This document shows positions 49,620-62,599 of a stretch of DNA of 64,000 nt, in pieces (position 1 is the stretch's first letter; each line of letters opens with the position of its first letter). Origin of the DNA: Raillietiella orientalis (Eukaryota); assembly GCA_036172245.1 (NCBI GenBank), contig JAYWIR010000015.1, forward strand, positions 1,798,001-1,862,000. Direction: 5' to 3'. The notes beneath the pieces are model-generated. The model did no database searches. It had not been told where the DNA came from and saw only the letters and a program-made list of their open reading frames with translations. Both the position numbers and the translations under genes were made by a program.

Positions 49620-49960
49620 GACCACAGAAAAGCGTTTGTTTTCAGATCGCAGTTTCTTCCAAGGACATGTTTCGTGACAACCAGGTTAACCTTGTTCGCG
49701 TACTCACTGCCTGTCTACTGGTTGCCATAGTTACAGGGGAACGAATGCGAGCTTTGCACCACCACCGTGCTTTTTTGCTTAACGGTGCTGGCAACACTTC
49801 GCCATCTGAATTCTTCAAAGTATTTCTCCGCTGCGGCTTCATTTTTCATCTCCCCTGCTTCAGAACGCATCATGCAAATTCGGGATGGATCCTCAAGCAG
49901 TCGATTTTTGTCACTTGCGTCAAGGTTCCCGGTTTATCCTGTCCAATTTCCCAGACGCGT
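49620..49960 (-). mobile_element. Possible pogo/Tigger transposase fossil
   Basis: 'SEAGEMKNEAAAEKYFEEF' resembles GEA..AD..AA..F, and 'KARI' resembles KDRIT. Confidence 0.35.
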
Positions 49961-51892
49961 TGCGGGCCACCATTTTGAGAGACCCACAAGTTAGTCTCTT
50001 CTGGTTCATTTACTGTGCTACACTAATATTCCATTGAATATTCTTCTATCGCAACAGCAACCCCCTTCCAGAGACTTAGATTAGCTATCACTTCAAGCTG
50101 ACTTTGCTTTTATGATTTCCCTCACTCTTGCGGATAACACATTAATAATAATGAAGTGTTTCTTTTGAGTTGTCGGCCTTGCACAAACCTGGAAAGGAAT
50201 CCATCTGTCATCTTATTCACCGTGATGAGCTAAAGGAGCTGAAGACCTAAGGATTTTGAAGCTTCTCTGAGGTAAATGCAGATGGGAAAGCAACCACTTT
50301 TTTTTTTTTTTATCTGGTGGCAACAAGAAGGCAGCAGCATGCATGAAATCGTGCTGATCTGCTCACATGCTTTCATGGGAGGCCACGAAGCTCCAAAAAC
50401 AAAGTCCAAAAACAAAGCTCGTTTGCATTTCTTTCCTTCCTGGAAAACCCTCCCGCGCTTTGAAATTATTGTGCGATCAGCTTCCCCGGATGTGAAGTAC
50501 CTGGTTGACAACAGCTACGTTTGGAGGTCTTTTCTCAATGGCAATGAAGACGGAGGAAAGAAAATGCACTCCCTCAAGTCACACCCCTAGTTCGAAACCT
50601 CAGTTTTCAAAGTCCCCCATTTCAAACAAACCCTCTTCAAGCGGACGCAGTTACCGGGATCGGATGAGAAGAGTCCACATGGGTTCACGGAGACACTCAA
50701 AGACGTGCTGAAGTGGTTTGAGTCACGGTTGCTTTTTTTCCCTATCAGCAGCGGCAGCCGTACTGCAGAAGACCTGCGGTTTCATGTTCCCGGGTGTACC
50801 ACGTTAACGTCACAAGTTTCCCTTTATTATTTCTGGAGGATTTCTTTTTTCTTCTTCTTCCGCCTCCGTGTTGTGCAGCCGCCGTTTACTTCTCATGGAA
50901 CCCTCCGTGAGTGGAAAACGTCTAAGTCACTACGAAGTCTTGTATGACACCATGTATTGCACCTGATACACGAGATTGGGTCGAGAATTACACCCGCTTT
51001 GTCACAAATACGGAGCAAACAAATTACCAACAAGATTCTGCATGTTGCTCTCCTTTTTTTTTTTGTGCTTTTTTCCCTCCGCAAAGCCTGTTAGAATCAG
51101 TCAAAACAGAAAAAAACGCAATATGCGAGTTCATTCCGAGGGTGACGTCATTCAAGTTCGCGTCAAACATCTCCCGTAAGTTATAAAGGAGTCCACGGTA
51201 GATGGACCTGCGTCAACTGGGATGCAGCCGTACTTGAGAAGCATATGGATGCCCTTGGGCGGAAATCACCCAAGAAAGAACGCACAGCTGCCAGGCGGGC
51301 CACGATCGCGAAACACGGCCCACAAAACTGTAGATTTAGCTGCCATTTGGTCGTCCTTGTTGTCAGCTATAAGACCCGCAGTCAAGATACATGGTCCACT
51401 CCTGAGGACTGATGAATGTAGGAACCATCCGCCTCATTGAGCCCCTGATCTGACCCCTCCAACGTCACGGGAAGAGCGCATTCAGCACGCCCAGTTACGA
51501 GGAAGTGTCCTCTTGGGCCGAGAATTCGTTTTCCTCCGTGTCCGACTTTTTTTCTTACCGATGCTGGAGACGAATGACCACGTTTCTCAAACGGAAGCCC
51601 GTGTCGCGGCATTTTGCATTTTTTTCTTGACGTTTTCCCGAGTACCCCCATAGCGTATCATCCTGCGCCCATCTTCACAGGCTCGAAAAACCCTCCTGTT
51701 CTGCGTCTTTCTGTCTTTTGGGACCCCTCAGGTGCAAAGCATACGTCGCGGATTTCATCCCGCGCGCGAAAAATGATGCCAGCAGGCGGCGTCGGGGACT
51801 CTCATCGCAAGCTCTCTGCAAGCCGTGGTGTTGGGCCAAGGAGATACGCGAGGAAGATGTCCTTGAGGAACCTCCCCGTGCCTGTCTAAAGG

Positions 51893-53300
51893 TTTTCACC
51901 CAGTGACGCAGGGACGTTTATTAAAAACAAAAAATAAACTGTAATTCAGAGGGGAAAAATAGTGTTCCCACAAAACAAGAGATGCCAAAGAACAGCAAAA
52001 GAGGTTTACTGAGATGATCGCCGGTATGTAGACCGGCTTCTAAAAAGTAAGGAACGGATTGATGGGACAATAAGTGGAGAAAAAAAAACCGGGACGGTAG
52101 GGATAGAAGTCTTTGGTTTATTCGTTCCTTCCTTCCTGGAAGCGGCTGCGATCTCACTGATGACTTCTCCCTGAAGATGGGGTCAGCTTTGCAGCCGTCC
52201 TCATGGAGGCGGCTGCCATGCTGGTGGCCTCCCTTCCCCGCGAAGGTGACTACAACACATGGTAAGCTGTCACCATGGCGCAGATGCAACAGATGGTTGC
52301 GTCCGTCTTCAACCGCCTTGAGTGAAGAAGCACCCCAGAAAGTCCGAAGCAAGAGTCCTGCGACGGAGCGTTGAAGCCACTCTCCCCCAGATGTCCTCCA
52401 GGGCACCGCAGTCCAACAAGAGGTGCGGGAACGATTCTATCTCCCTTCACTCCAAACGGTTCGAGGAGACAACTCTTCCAGAAAACAGGCGTCTGTGCCA
52501 GTTGCATCCGTTTCTGCATCATCAATGCAGACACGGCTTTGGTGATTCCGGTATTCCGAATTCAAGCGAGCGGGAACATGGAAAGGGCTGCAGGTTTTCC
52601 GGGGGCATAAAGAGCAGTTCGTTAGAATGGGGACCAGAGTAACGAACCGCTCTTTATGCCCTCTATGAACGGCTCTTTAAAAGCAGTTCGTTCCACCGAA
52701 GGAGTCCCTTCTCCCGGGAACGACGAATGGTGGTGTTCACCAACCCACCCGCTCGTCTTGCAGTCGTGAAGAAGTTTCTCGACTCTTGCGATCTTGCAGG
52801 ACGACTCCCGCTTCGCCGGTTGGCTGCTGTTATTGCTTGCTGTGAGGGAAGACAGAGCTGCGGCAGGTGTCAAGACGGCCATCTGGCACCACTCCGTCTA
52901 GTCCTGCAGGAGGTCTTCCAGATACTTGTGTAGGAGATTCTGCAGCGGTCACAGTTTCTCTGGGCTCTATTGTGGAAGGCAAACCCGGAACTCCAGTGCC
53001 TTCTGCCACCAGGCATCCTATTTTTTGGGGTCGTCGAGAGATCCTCGACAGTGCTTTAAGCAATGAGGACAGAATGCCTCAGGGGGTACCCCAATCCATT
53101 CAACCTCTGCCTGCTGCGTGGATGTAACGAGAGGAGTCTTTCGCTGTCGGCGCATTTCAGGAAGATGAAAAGTGCTGGAGCTCACCAAGCAGAGCTCTAC
53201 AATTTGGCCCGCAGTGCGAAAAGAGGCAATTGCGCTTGCAGTTCGACTTTGTAAGTGGTCAGGATGCTGGAATGCTGAAAGCGCCACCTGCGAGTTTTTT
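51893..53300 (-). mobile_element. L1/Tx1-like lineage V 3' fragment
   Basis: Close paralog of 33593-34760. Terminus AATAAA (51917-51922)-CGTCCCTGCGTCACT-GGGTGAAAA. Confidence 0.8.
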
Positions 53301-53699
53301 AGGAGGATCCGGGCCCTTGCAGCCCTTCATAGAGCTTTTCTGAGTAGGCACTGCGCCCTGTGAATCAGAGAGCGGACAAACAAAAAAATAAGGGTCAGAG
53401 TACGAGTACAAGAAAAAGTATTCCAAGTGGAAAAAGACGTATGGGACACTCTGGAGCTATTTTTTTTTCCGGTGGTGGGAGCGGTAACACAAACCTAGAA
53501 GACGATTGCAGAAAAATCGCCCGAGGCGATTGGTAAAGTACCTGGTCTACAGTTAGAGTTGCAAGAACCCCGTGTTTCCCGGCGTTACCCGTCCACTCGA
53601 TTAGTAATTTACCTCCTGGCGAATTTGCCAGTTTCCCTGCGCCGACCTCCGTTGTCCCGGAATTCATCCGTGTCGTCGAAGTAGCCGGCGCTGGGATCC

Positions 53700-55560
53700 G
53701 CCCTTCCTCATCTCTCTGGGTCCCAGTGCCCGAGACTGGAATGGTACAAACAAGTGCAGCCGGTGCTGCATAGGCTGCACGTCTTCCTTCAGCATGCCTT
53801 CAGCATGCGCGGAAGAACTCAATAGAGGCGTTTATCTCGCGGCCGTGCAAAGTGAGATGCAGAGGAGGCAGGAGAGGTCACTGCACCACCCCTTGGCAGG
53901 GAGCTGCCCCCACCGTCGCTGTCGCTGCAGACGCCCGCGTGCGCGACGAACGAGTGCACCAAGGTCTTCAAAGAGAGACCGTCCGCGCCTCTTTCTCCGG
54001 CGCCAGTCCAGTCAGGCGTGCTTTGGAGGTGACTGGGAGAGGCACCAATCACTCCGCATCTGGGTTGGATCGAGAGTGCGGTGGGACCCAGCTCCGGGTG
54101 GAAAGGCCGCCGGCACACCTTGCAGCCGACTCCGGGAGCATCCTTTTCCGCGGGAACAGCTCTGCAAAGTGGTTTCGTGGAGAGAAGAACCCCCACACAC
54201 AGCAACCGGTTGCTGGCAGGCCCTTAGGCGCCTTCTGGGACAAGCCAGGTGTCGGCCGAGACCAGGCAGGTGGGCAGGAGGAGCACTCCGGGATGGCGAT
54301 CGACCCAGAAGAATTTCCGAGTCCCGGAATCCCGAATGTCCATCTCCAGACCCAGATGTCCTCGGGATCGCGACTCCCCGTTCCCAGGACCATTCTGGAA
54401 ATCCATCGTTCCTCGCGTCTCTCCCAGTGTAACGCCTTCCCTCATCGGGATACGGGAAGATCCGGGATGAGGGAGTAGCCGCCATTTCTCCATCTTCCCC
54501 TTTTTTCCCCTTTGTTTTCCGCGAACCGCCTGGGACCGCACTTCAAGGTCTTCCAGAGATCTGTGGTTTCCCTAGGAAACTTCGTGGGGACTTCGATGGG
54601 ACGGGTGAAGCGGGTGTCTCCTGCTGTTGCCGCGGACGCTCTTCGATCAGGTGGGAGCGGGTGCTGCTCGATGGTCCTCGCGGAGGAGGGAGGACGGATG
54701 ACGCCCGCGTTCCCGATGCCGCACCGGGACCAGGGACGGACGACCGGGCAGCAGAAAGACTGGACGCTAGCAGTGGTCAGGAGTAACAGGAGTCTGAGAA
54801 TGGGGTGCGAACGGTCCGCCTCAGGGCCATTGGACGAAGGATTTGGCCACTTAGCAGAGCTGGTCGCTTTAGAAATTCGATTCTTGCGCATCCTCCAGAG
54901 AGGGCCTCTCGTTTCCAGCAGACGACAATGCTGCGAAGGACTGTGGCCGAACGATCTCGAAATGTGAGAATGCCATGAAAGAAGGTAAACGGTGAACGGC
55001 CTCCGAGGTAAACGGACGGAGGTCATTGTGGTTCGTGTCTTCTCGAAGCGTTCCGTCTGGGGCCATTGCGTGGAGACCTTCCTTCCGGTCTTTTCCCCTT
55101 CCTCGAAAAGGAATGTCGCCCTATCGAAGGCAAACTGTTCCTGGAGTGCGTTCCGAATGCTGAGGGGCACACCAGAGAGTGCGACGCAGAGCATTGAGGG
55201 GCCGCTGACCAGAGTGAGAAACCGGAGCTGAAGGCGGCCGCTGGCAGTGCGAAAGCGTGAGAGGGGAGCTGCTGGGGTATCCGTTGGAGGACTCGGAGTG
55301 GGACCAGTGCATGGCTTTCTTCAAAAAGTAGCTCTCAGCGGCCCTCGCATCCTTGGGGGAAGAAATGAAGCTGACCGAGAAACAAAATGATAAGAGCTCT
55401 GGGGGCAAGCGTAGCGGCATCCAGATCCTCTCCACGCCTGTTTCTCGCGCTCGCCACGAGTGCACACGTCATCATTCAATTGCTTCTCGAAAGGAGGCCG
55501 CTCTTGGGGCGAGGAGTGAGGGCATCCGTCTCTGCCTGCGGCATCCGTGGCACCAGTTGG
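53700..55560 (-). mobile_element. L1-like ORF2 fragment (lineage U)
   Basis: 'ATFLFEEGEKT' (tether eGE motif), 'HPILRLLLL', and 'HLGLEMDIRDSG' homologous to ~27300. Confidence 0.5.
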
Positions 55561-55599
55561 ACCACTCATGGGAGCCAAGTGGCCAAGGGCTCAGGACGT

Positions 55600-55915
55600 T
55601 ATCGGATGACTACCGGTCGCACACAGCGCGCAGGTCCCTTGCCGTCCAATGAACTGGAACGTCTGGAGGTAGTCGGCACCTGGGGTGCGACCCTGGAATG
55701 TGTCCGGAAGAACTCCCCAGAGACGTATCCTCAACCATCCCCTGGATGACGTTTTGCAGGACAGGACGAAGTGGTTTACACTGGCCGTTGCGTCCCTTGC
55801 CGCAGCGCTGCCTGTCCTCAGAACAAGCACAACGGCAGTTGCCAGTCGGTGAGGAGGTAGGTCTGCTTCACCTCTGCAAGAGTGACGGTTCTCCTTGGCG
55901 GGGCTCGAAGGCGAT
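55600..55915 (+). mobile_element. Internal L1-like fragment homologous to 58780-59005 (lineage V)
   Basis: Shared GAAGTGGT..ACTGGCCGT, TGCCGCAGCGCTG and GAGTGACG.TTCTCCTTGGCGG. Confidence 0.6.
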
Positions 55916-56479
55916 CGACGCGGCGGGCGCTGCCACTCGAACGTTGTCGGGCGGAGACACGTCACGATCTTGGACAGATAAAGTTGTAGTGGTTCCCGTC
56001 TATACCCAGCCGTCTTCGCGTTGTCGGTAGCCTCCGTCCTCCCTCGCTAACCCCAACGTCGCACCCGCAAACGCTCCTCCACTCTTTCCCTTGGCTACTT
56101 GTACGCGCTGCCCGATTGGGCTCAGACATGAAGCCTCGTCCTGTTCTGCTCCCTGCACTTTCGGACGAGTCCAGGAGTCCTCTGGAGTCCGGAAACTTTT
56201 TCAGTCACCCGTTTGACGAGGGGCGCCTTTCGCCACTCCAAGAACTGCAGCAGGACGGGAGTCAACGAGGCAGCGAACTCCCATCTCCTCAGGAATAAGG
56301 ATTAACCAGTTGAAGGACATCACTTGAGATCATGGGGTGAGGAAGACTGAAAAGGTGACTCGTCACGGGACTTGGTTCGGTGACGCTTCATCAGGGACGG
56401 TCGCAGATTTGTTTCTGTTGACCCTCCTGTTTCTGTGTCCGCCCTCCGGAGAGTCAACTCAAAGAGCGCTTCGGACGAT

Positions 56480-57500
56480 GCCTCCAGGATGGAGCGGAAC
56501 AACAGATAACTGCCACTCCACTGCTGAAGTGACGATTCTTCTTGGCACAGTCTGAGGCCGCATTCTCTTGTCCAGTGGTGGAGACGTGCATTGTAAGGGA
56601 CAGCCCGATTCAGAAGTCGCTATGCCTAGTCCTGCCAATTCAGGGGAAAGAGAGAGATGTGCATGAAAACCACGAGCATTCCCATTTCCTCCAAGGAGAA
56701 TTCGAGGAGATGTGCCCTTTGGGGGTCCTTTGGGGTCGACCGCAAGGATGGAAGCATCAGCCAGAGTGAGGTGCCGTTCAGCATCTCGAATGCTTTTGTA
56801 TCCCTTTGATCTCGCAGGATGTTCGCCGTCGGCTGACGGGGCAGGAGTGATGCGGCACTCCTAAAGTCAGTATTACTGAAGATGGTCTGTGCGCTTTCCC
56901 GAGAATGCCCTGAACTCCTCGCTGCTATTCCAAGAGGTGCAGAGTCGGCTGTCTTTATCTTCAGTGGGAATCGCATTTCATGTTTGGATGCAGATGGAAT
57001 CTATAAATACTTGAGCATCAGTTGTTCCTATCGGAGGCCTGCCAAGGAACAAATAAGTGCCGAGGCTGAAGGCATCTTTGATTCTGGCGCAAGACAGACG
57101 AGTCCTTGAAGTATTTTTCTTTCCCAGCTTGGTTCGTTTCCAGAGTCCTCGAGTGCTCCCTATGAGGGGTTGGATGCTTACAAATAGGAACATTAAGAGG
57201 CCGGTCAGGAGGTCACGCCCATTCGAGAGGCTAATGAATATCTTCTTGATGAACTGCTCGGAAGGAGGACTGGACTGCATGAATGCTCCAGCTGGACGTC
57301 TGCAAAGTGGCGGATGGAAGCCAGCCGGCTCGCGATGAGCATCGTGATGCTGGCAAGAAGCACCCACAGCCACCGAAAGCGAAAGACTCCTAAAGAATTT
57401 TGGAAAAATCGGCAGCAGCTTCATCGAGATGATGTAGCAGCGATTACTTTAGAGGGATTAATGACTCGCGGCTCTCGTGCAACAGAACCTCGAGTGCAAT
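56480..57500 (+). mobile_element. NeSL/R2-type RT fossil
   Basis: 'CLDADGIYKYLSI' and 'NRNIKRPVR...FLMNCSEGGL' resemble R2/NeSL RT domain 7 and the downstream conserved region. Confidence 0.5.
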
Positions 57501-57699
57501 GGCCTCCGAAGTGAATTTTCATAGCGAAGGTCTGCCTAAGGAAACGATCAGCATTCGTTTCGTTTTTTAAAGGGGGGGAGAAAGGGGGAGAGGAAATTCG
57601 TTTTGGTTATCAACGGCGATAGAAATTCTGCAGGAGATTCAGCTGAAAGCTTCGAATAGCGGGGGCTGGTACTTTGCATCTGCTAGCGATATTTCCCTC

Positions 57700-58660
57700 A
57701 AGAGTCCTGTTTCGTGGAGGACAAGAGCAGTGGAAGATTTCTGGTCACGTTCCTCTATCGGAAGGGATGAATGGGGAAGGGACCCTGCACATCCCTGAAT
57801 TTTCGAACCTCCCGGAGGTCTTGGAAACTTTTGATTGGGACCTCAAGAGTCGCGGAGGTCACTAGGAAACTTTGTGTTTCGAGGGCATTTTGAGGGAAAG
57901 AAATTCTTTGCTTTCTTCTTGCGCTTGCGCACTCTTCTAGGCGGTGCAACAGCGCTGTTTGTTGCGCTGCCGGAGGGGTTGCAACAAATAAGGGAGCCGG
58001 ATGTGCACGACCATCCCCACTTTCTTGTCCTGTCTGTGAGAAGTGACGGCATCATTTCCCAAATCCTTAGTCCACATCCGTATCAGGTGTTAGTAGCTCT
58101 TCCTGGGTGCCGATGCTTTCGGCGGTTACTCCACCGGGAAGCATCGTCCCAGTCCGTGGACCCAGTGGGGGAGGAGCGCCCGGATTTTTCCGCCCGTTCC
58201 TTTCTTTGCAGTTCTTGCGATCAATGAGCAGAGGCGCCCACGGGCGATGTCGACGGGGCCACCTGTCAAGCGAGGGACTCGTCCCTTCTGTGACCTTCCG
58301 GGTCAACGATATTTCGTTGCTAAGGGGAACGCCCTCCTGGATCGAGAATTTCCCCATGACGAGGCAGCAAGGACGCAAAGAAGATAACTTCGCTTCCAGC
58401 AGAGCTACTCTGTATCTGCCAACCCGTGATCTCTCTGACCTTCCTTGATCGCTAGCGACCCCGTGTTCCCCGAGATCAGACCGGGACTCGCTGGGAAAAG
58501 AGACCGACGCGCTGTTCGCGATGTGAGGGAAGGTGGCTTCTTGAAGACTGAATCTCCAGCCGCGGAAGTCGCGGTTCCATCCGCTGGTTCTTGGGAGACG
58601 ATCCATTCCTAGCTCTCTTGAGCACAGATTGTCAAACTCGAACCTACGCGACTTCGCTGG
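57700..58660 (-). mobile_element. AP-endonuclease fossil of an L1-like ORF2 (probable 5' part of the U element at 53700-55560)
   Basis: 'FSLQEAT' (LQET), 'HGVAS' (GVA), 'LVMGKFS' (GDFN), 'LDRW' and 'GWSCTSGSL' (W.LN.SLL), in the expected order. Confidence 0.5.
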
Positions 58661-58759
58661 CATCTCCGGAAATTCGTCGAGAAGCTGGATCTGGGATGAG
58701 TTACTTCAGTGCTTCAGCGACACCGCTGGATCTCCTGTCGTCTTAGGAACTTCAGTGCT

Positions 58760-59747
58760 TGGCGGTGGGAGACAGTGGAAACCTGGGTGTCCTCCTTACA
58801 AGTGACTCCAGAGGAATTTCGTTCTTTGAAGAGTTTGCGCAGCGTTCTCTTGACTACAGGATTTCAGGAAGTGGTCCCGACTGGCCGTCACACTAATGCC
58901 GCAGCGCTGTCTGCCCTCAGGGAAAGCACAATGGCACTTGCCAGCCGGAGGGGAAGCAGGTCTGTTTCGCCACTTCGGGAGTGACGATTCTCCTTGGCGG
59001 AACTGGAAGGATAACGGCCCAGCGAAAGCCCCCACCTGACGCTGTCTGGTGGGGGGCCATCCCCAGTGGGGGAGAATTCCGAAGAACCGGTAGTGCCTGT
59101 CCTTTGCGCGGACGCTTCGGTGCTGCCCCCGAAGTGGAAGCCGGACGTGGTGCTCTCTTCTTCCATTGCGGCCTCTGGCAGACCACACCGGATTGTCAAA
59201 TCCCGTTTCCCAGGGAGTTGCATCCGGGGGACGATGGCTTTGTTGTCGCTGGACCGCGGCAAGAGGGCGGCGGTCTCGACACTGCTGCTCCCGGAGGACA
59301 CCGCCAGAGACTTGATGCAGCGCACCTTTGCACAAGATGGACTTTCGTGCGGCGCTGTGATCGCAATGTTGGATTTCAGCGAGCCTCCATGGCAGCCCGC
59401 ATCTCTCTAAAGCTACGCTCGCAGCAGCGGGAACCTTCATGAAAGCTACCATCGTGAGGGTCGCAACGAGGTGAACCCACTTGCACCAAGAAATTTCCGG
59501 TGAGCTGACCCACGTTATGAAAAGAGAAGGAAAAACGGTCTATCTTAAAGACCCCAGACTTCCCGTTCCGTATCTTTCCCATTGTAGGTCACCTCCCCCT
59601 TGTTCCGGACTCCGCTCGTCCAATCTGCGTGTCGGCGAATCTTTTCCGCGGACTTCCATATGTCTCCCTTCTGGAACTCTTATTCCGGTTTTTTTGTGTA
59701 TTCGTTTTTTTTCTCAAGAAACAAACGCTATGTCGTGACCGGGTAAA
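58760..59747 (+). mobile_element. L1/Tx1-like lineage V 3' fragment
   Basis: GGACACCGC.AGAGACTTGATGC shared with ~60600. Terminus AACAAA-CGCTATGTCGTGACC-GGGTAAA (59720-59747). Confidence 0.7.
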
Positions 59748-60329
59748 GACGATTTTGACCTCATCGTGGCAATGACGAACTGCGTTCGTGCTGACGGCTT
59801 CCCAGTACATGCCAGTGGTTGCTGCTGTGCCGATGTTCCTCGTGGAGCGTTCGCCGGACTTGCCTGGACGTCCAGGCACCCAGAAGATGAACGAGGTGAG
59901 CTATTTCGAAAAGTGCAGCGTCGGCTCCATCCGCCCCACTCTTTGCACAAGCGCGTCGCTACGCTCTTTCCCCCGCTGCCACCAGGTTACGCTCTCCTGA
60001 CTCTCGGGATTCGAGTTGCAGGTCGAGATTTTGCACATGGAGAACGGAAGCTGTCGATCCTTCTTCATCTTGGAGAGCATGTGAATCAGAGACACATGGA
60101 GGCTGATGGCCCTTCCGCGCGAAAAAAAAAATTTCCGAGGAAACTCAGCACGAGGGTGCATCTCTGTTCCGACAGCACTGAGAAAGAGATGACAGCTGCG
60201 AACCAGCGAGATGGGAGGTCGCCTGCACCATCGCAGGAACAACACGACCCATTGGCGGCAGGAGGACTTGCGAGCTGGCAGACGCCGCCACGCCTCGCCA
60301 CATCCCGAAGGGACTCCTACGGTGGAGTG

Positions 60330-61065
60330 AACACTTGAGTGTGCCCCCCGAACAACTTGTGGTCCCTCCCTCCTGTTTGAACACTTCTGTGTTCCCCCTT
60401 TCGTGGAAGCAGGACGTCATCATGCTGGTGTATTGGGGTTTTCACTCCAACCAGCGGACGAACCGTGTTTCCGGGGGAGTTGTCTCCCCAAACTGTAAGC
60501 GGTGCGGGGAAGTGGAAACGCTCCCGCACCTGCTCCTGGACTGCGGTGCCCTCCTAGGACTTTGGCGGAGGCTGGCCTCAGCTCTCCTACACCAGGGGGA
60601 CACCGCGAGAGACTTGATGCGCCGCTTCTTCACGCCAGGCGGCCTGTCTTTAGGTGCTGACGTTGCAACCGTGTGTTGCACCCGCGCCATCGACAAGGCA
60701 CACCGAGAGCTGGAGAAGCTCGCGATTCATCGTCAGGCCACCGGAATAGCCGGCGTGAACATGGCATCGGCTGCCGAGTGGGCCCATCTTCCAGAGAGCG
60801 TGAGGAGAGAGATCGCCGGCATCCATCGCCGGTTCTGAAAGGAAGGAACGGCCGAACCAAAGACCCCTGTCCCCTGCCCTCCATATTTTTATTTTTATTT
60901 TTTTATAGGAGTGTATTTGTGGTCCCCTCCCTCCCGTTCCGGACTTTCGGCATATTGATCTGCGTGTCGGGGATTCCACCCCCTTCGTCTCTTGTTTTCC
61001 CTTTGTCCAGGAACTCTGTTCCCGGATAGTTTTTAATAAACGCCCCGGCGCACCCGGGTGATAAA
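60330..61065 (+). mobile_element. L1/Tx1-like lineage V 3' fragment with the best-preserved zf-RVT
   Basis: ORF 60335-60838 contains 'VYWGF...CKRCGEVETLPHLLLDCGALLGLW'. Terminus AATAAA (61035-61040)-CGCCCCGGCGCACCC-GGGTGATAAA. Confidence 0.85.
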
Positions 61066-62599
61066 CAGCACTGAGAAACACCACCGAACGCCGCTTCATG
61101 AGCGGCTGTGATGCTTTCCCCAAAAGAGTTACCACTGACAGCCGGTAACAAGCGCGAGTTATCCCAACACTGGAACCGAACGCCTTCCCTTCTTTCCTGC
61201 TTGCTGCTGAGGGCTGATTTCGTTCCCGAAATCTGGAGCACTCGAGACAGGTTTCAAATCAGGCAAGTTTCTTTCCAAGAATCCGAAACATCTTGTGCCA
61301 TCGATGGGATGTTTGCGAAAGGGCGAGAGGCGCAAGTAACGGTGGCAACGGCTCGAATCCCAGCCTCTTCGTTCGAAACCCGATTAGATCTTCCCCTGAA
61401 GGGAGCGAAAGTTTTTCGATCCTCGGATCGGTCGCTGCTCTCGGAGTGCGTCCCCAATTCCGAGTCGCCCCGAAGGAGGAGTCGAACGGAGTCACCTCGC
61501 GGATCGGGAAGGGGAGGGGGAGGGGGCGAAGTGTGCCAACACACTAGACCTTCCCGCTTGTTCCCAGCTGATTCAATCAAACATCGCCTTCCTCTTTTTT
61601 TGAATCAACTCAAATGGCATCCCATCATTCAGCCTGACCCACATCGATATTCTGCTGTACAAAATTGTCAAAATGACAAAGAACTTGCATCAAGATAAGT
61701 TACCGTTCCTGGGTGTGTGATGGATTCAGATAATCGTTTCCATCGATCTTTCATGCTTTCACAGAAATTCCGTGGGGCACTTTCTGAAAGAATGCGAAAT
61801 TCCGAGTACTTAAAAACAGAAAAACAAATTCACTTCGTTGCCAGTGTCACTTTCATTGCTGCGCAAGCGCGCTTCCGGCGACCCATGCCGTCGTACCGGA
61901 TGGGAAAGGGAAGGTGCACCTTCAAGTCTCCAATGGAGCACGCCACAGCCCTCCTCCGTTTCGTGGACGAAACCACTACAGATCCCCCTCCTAAAGCATC
62001 ATCCACTGTTCCCTATATCCCTGCGCTTCACACGTAGACGGCTGGTCACCATCCCTGAGGCTTGTCCCGACGCCGTTTCTCTCGTGTACTCAGCACTCAG
62101 TTTCTCTCGCTTATTCCTAGCGACGAAATCGCGCCATCGTGAGGGAAGAAGAGTTTTTTTCTCTTTTGCAGGCCTCCCGGCAGCCCGCAGGACGGAAAGC
62201 TCTCTGGATGGTGACCTCCTCCCCTCCCCTCATTCAGCGACGTCACCCCGTGCTCAGTTCGACGCGATAGCACCAAAGAATCTCCCACTTCCAGCTTGGG
62301 AGTAAACTATTAAACTATTAGCTGGATATAGAAACTAAATTGCCGTCCTCGGGTCTCGAGCCCAAGGGTAGAGAAAAAAACACGCGGAGGCGTTCCCTCC
62401 ACCCCCACATCTACGCCAAGCTGAAATGCCGTGCCCCTTCATTCACACTGAATCAGTTCAGCATGTCGTGCTAAATGCAGCATCCACGTGGAGATGGAAA
62501 ACTAGAGCCGACGATGGAGCCTGCATGAAAAGTTCCCCGTGAGTCCAGCAGCCATGAACGAGAGAGACCGACGACAATCGTGATGATTAAGGAAGTTGG

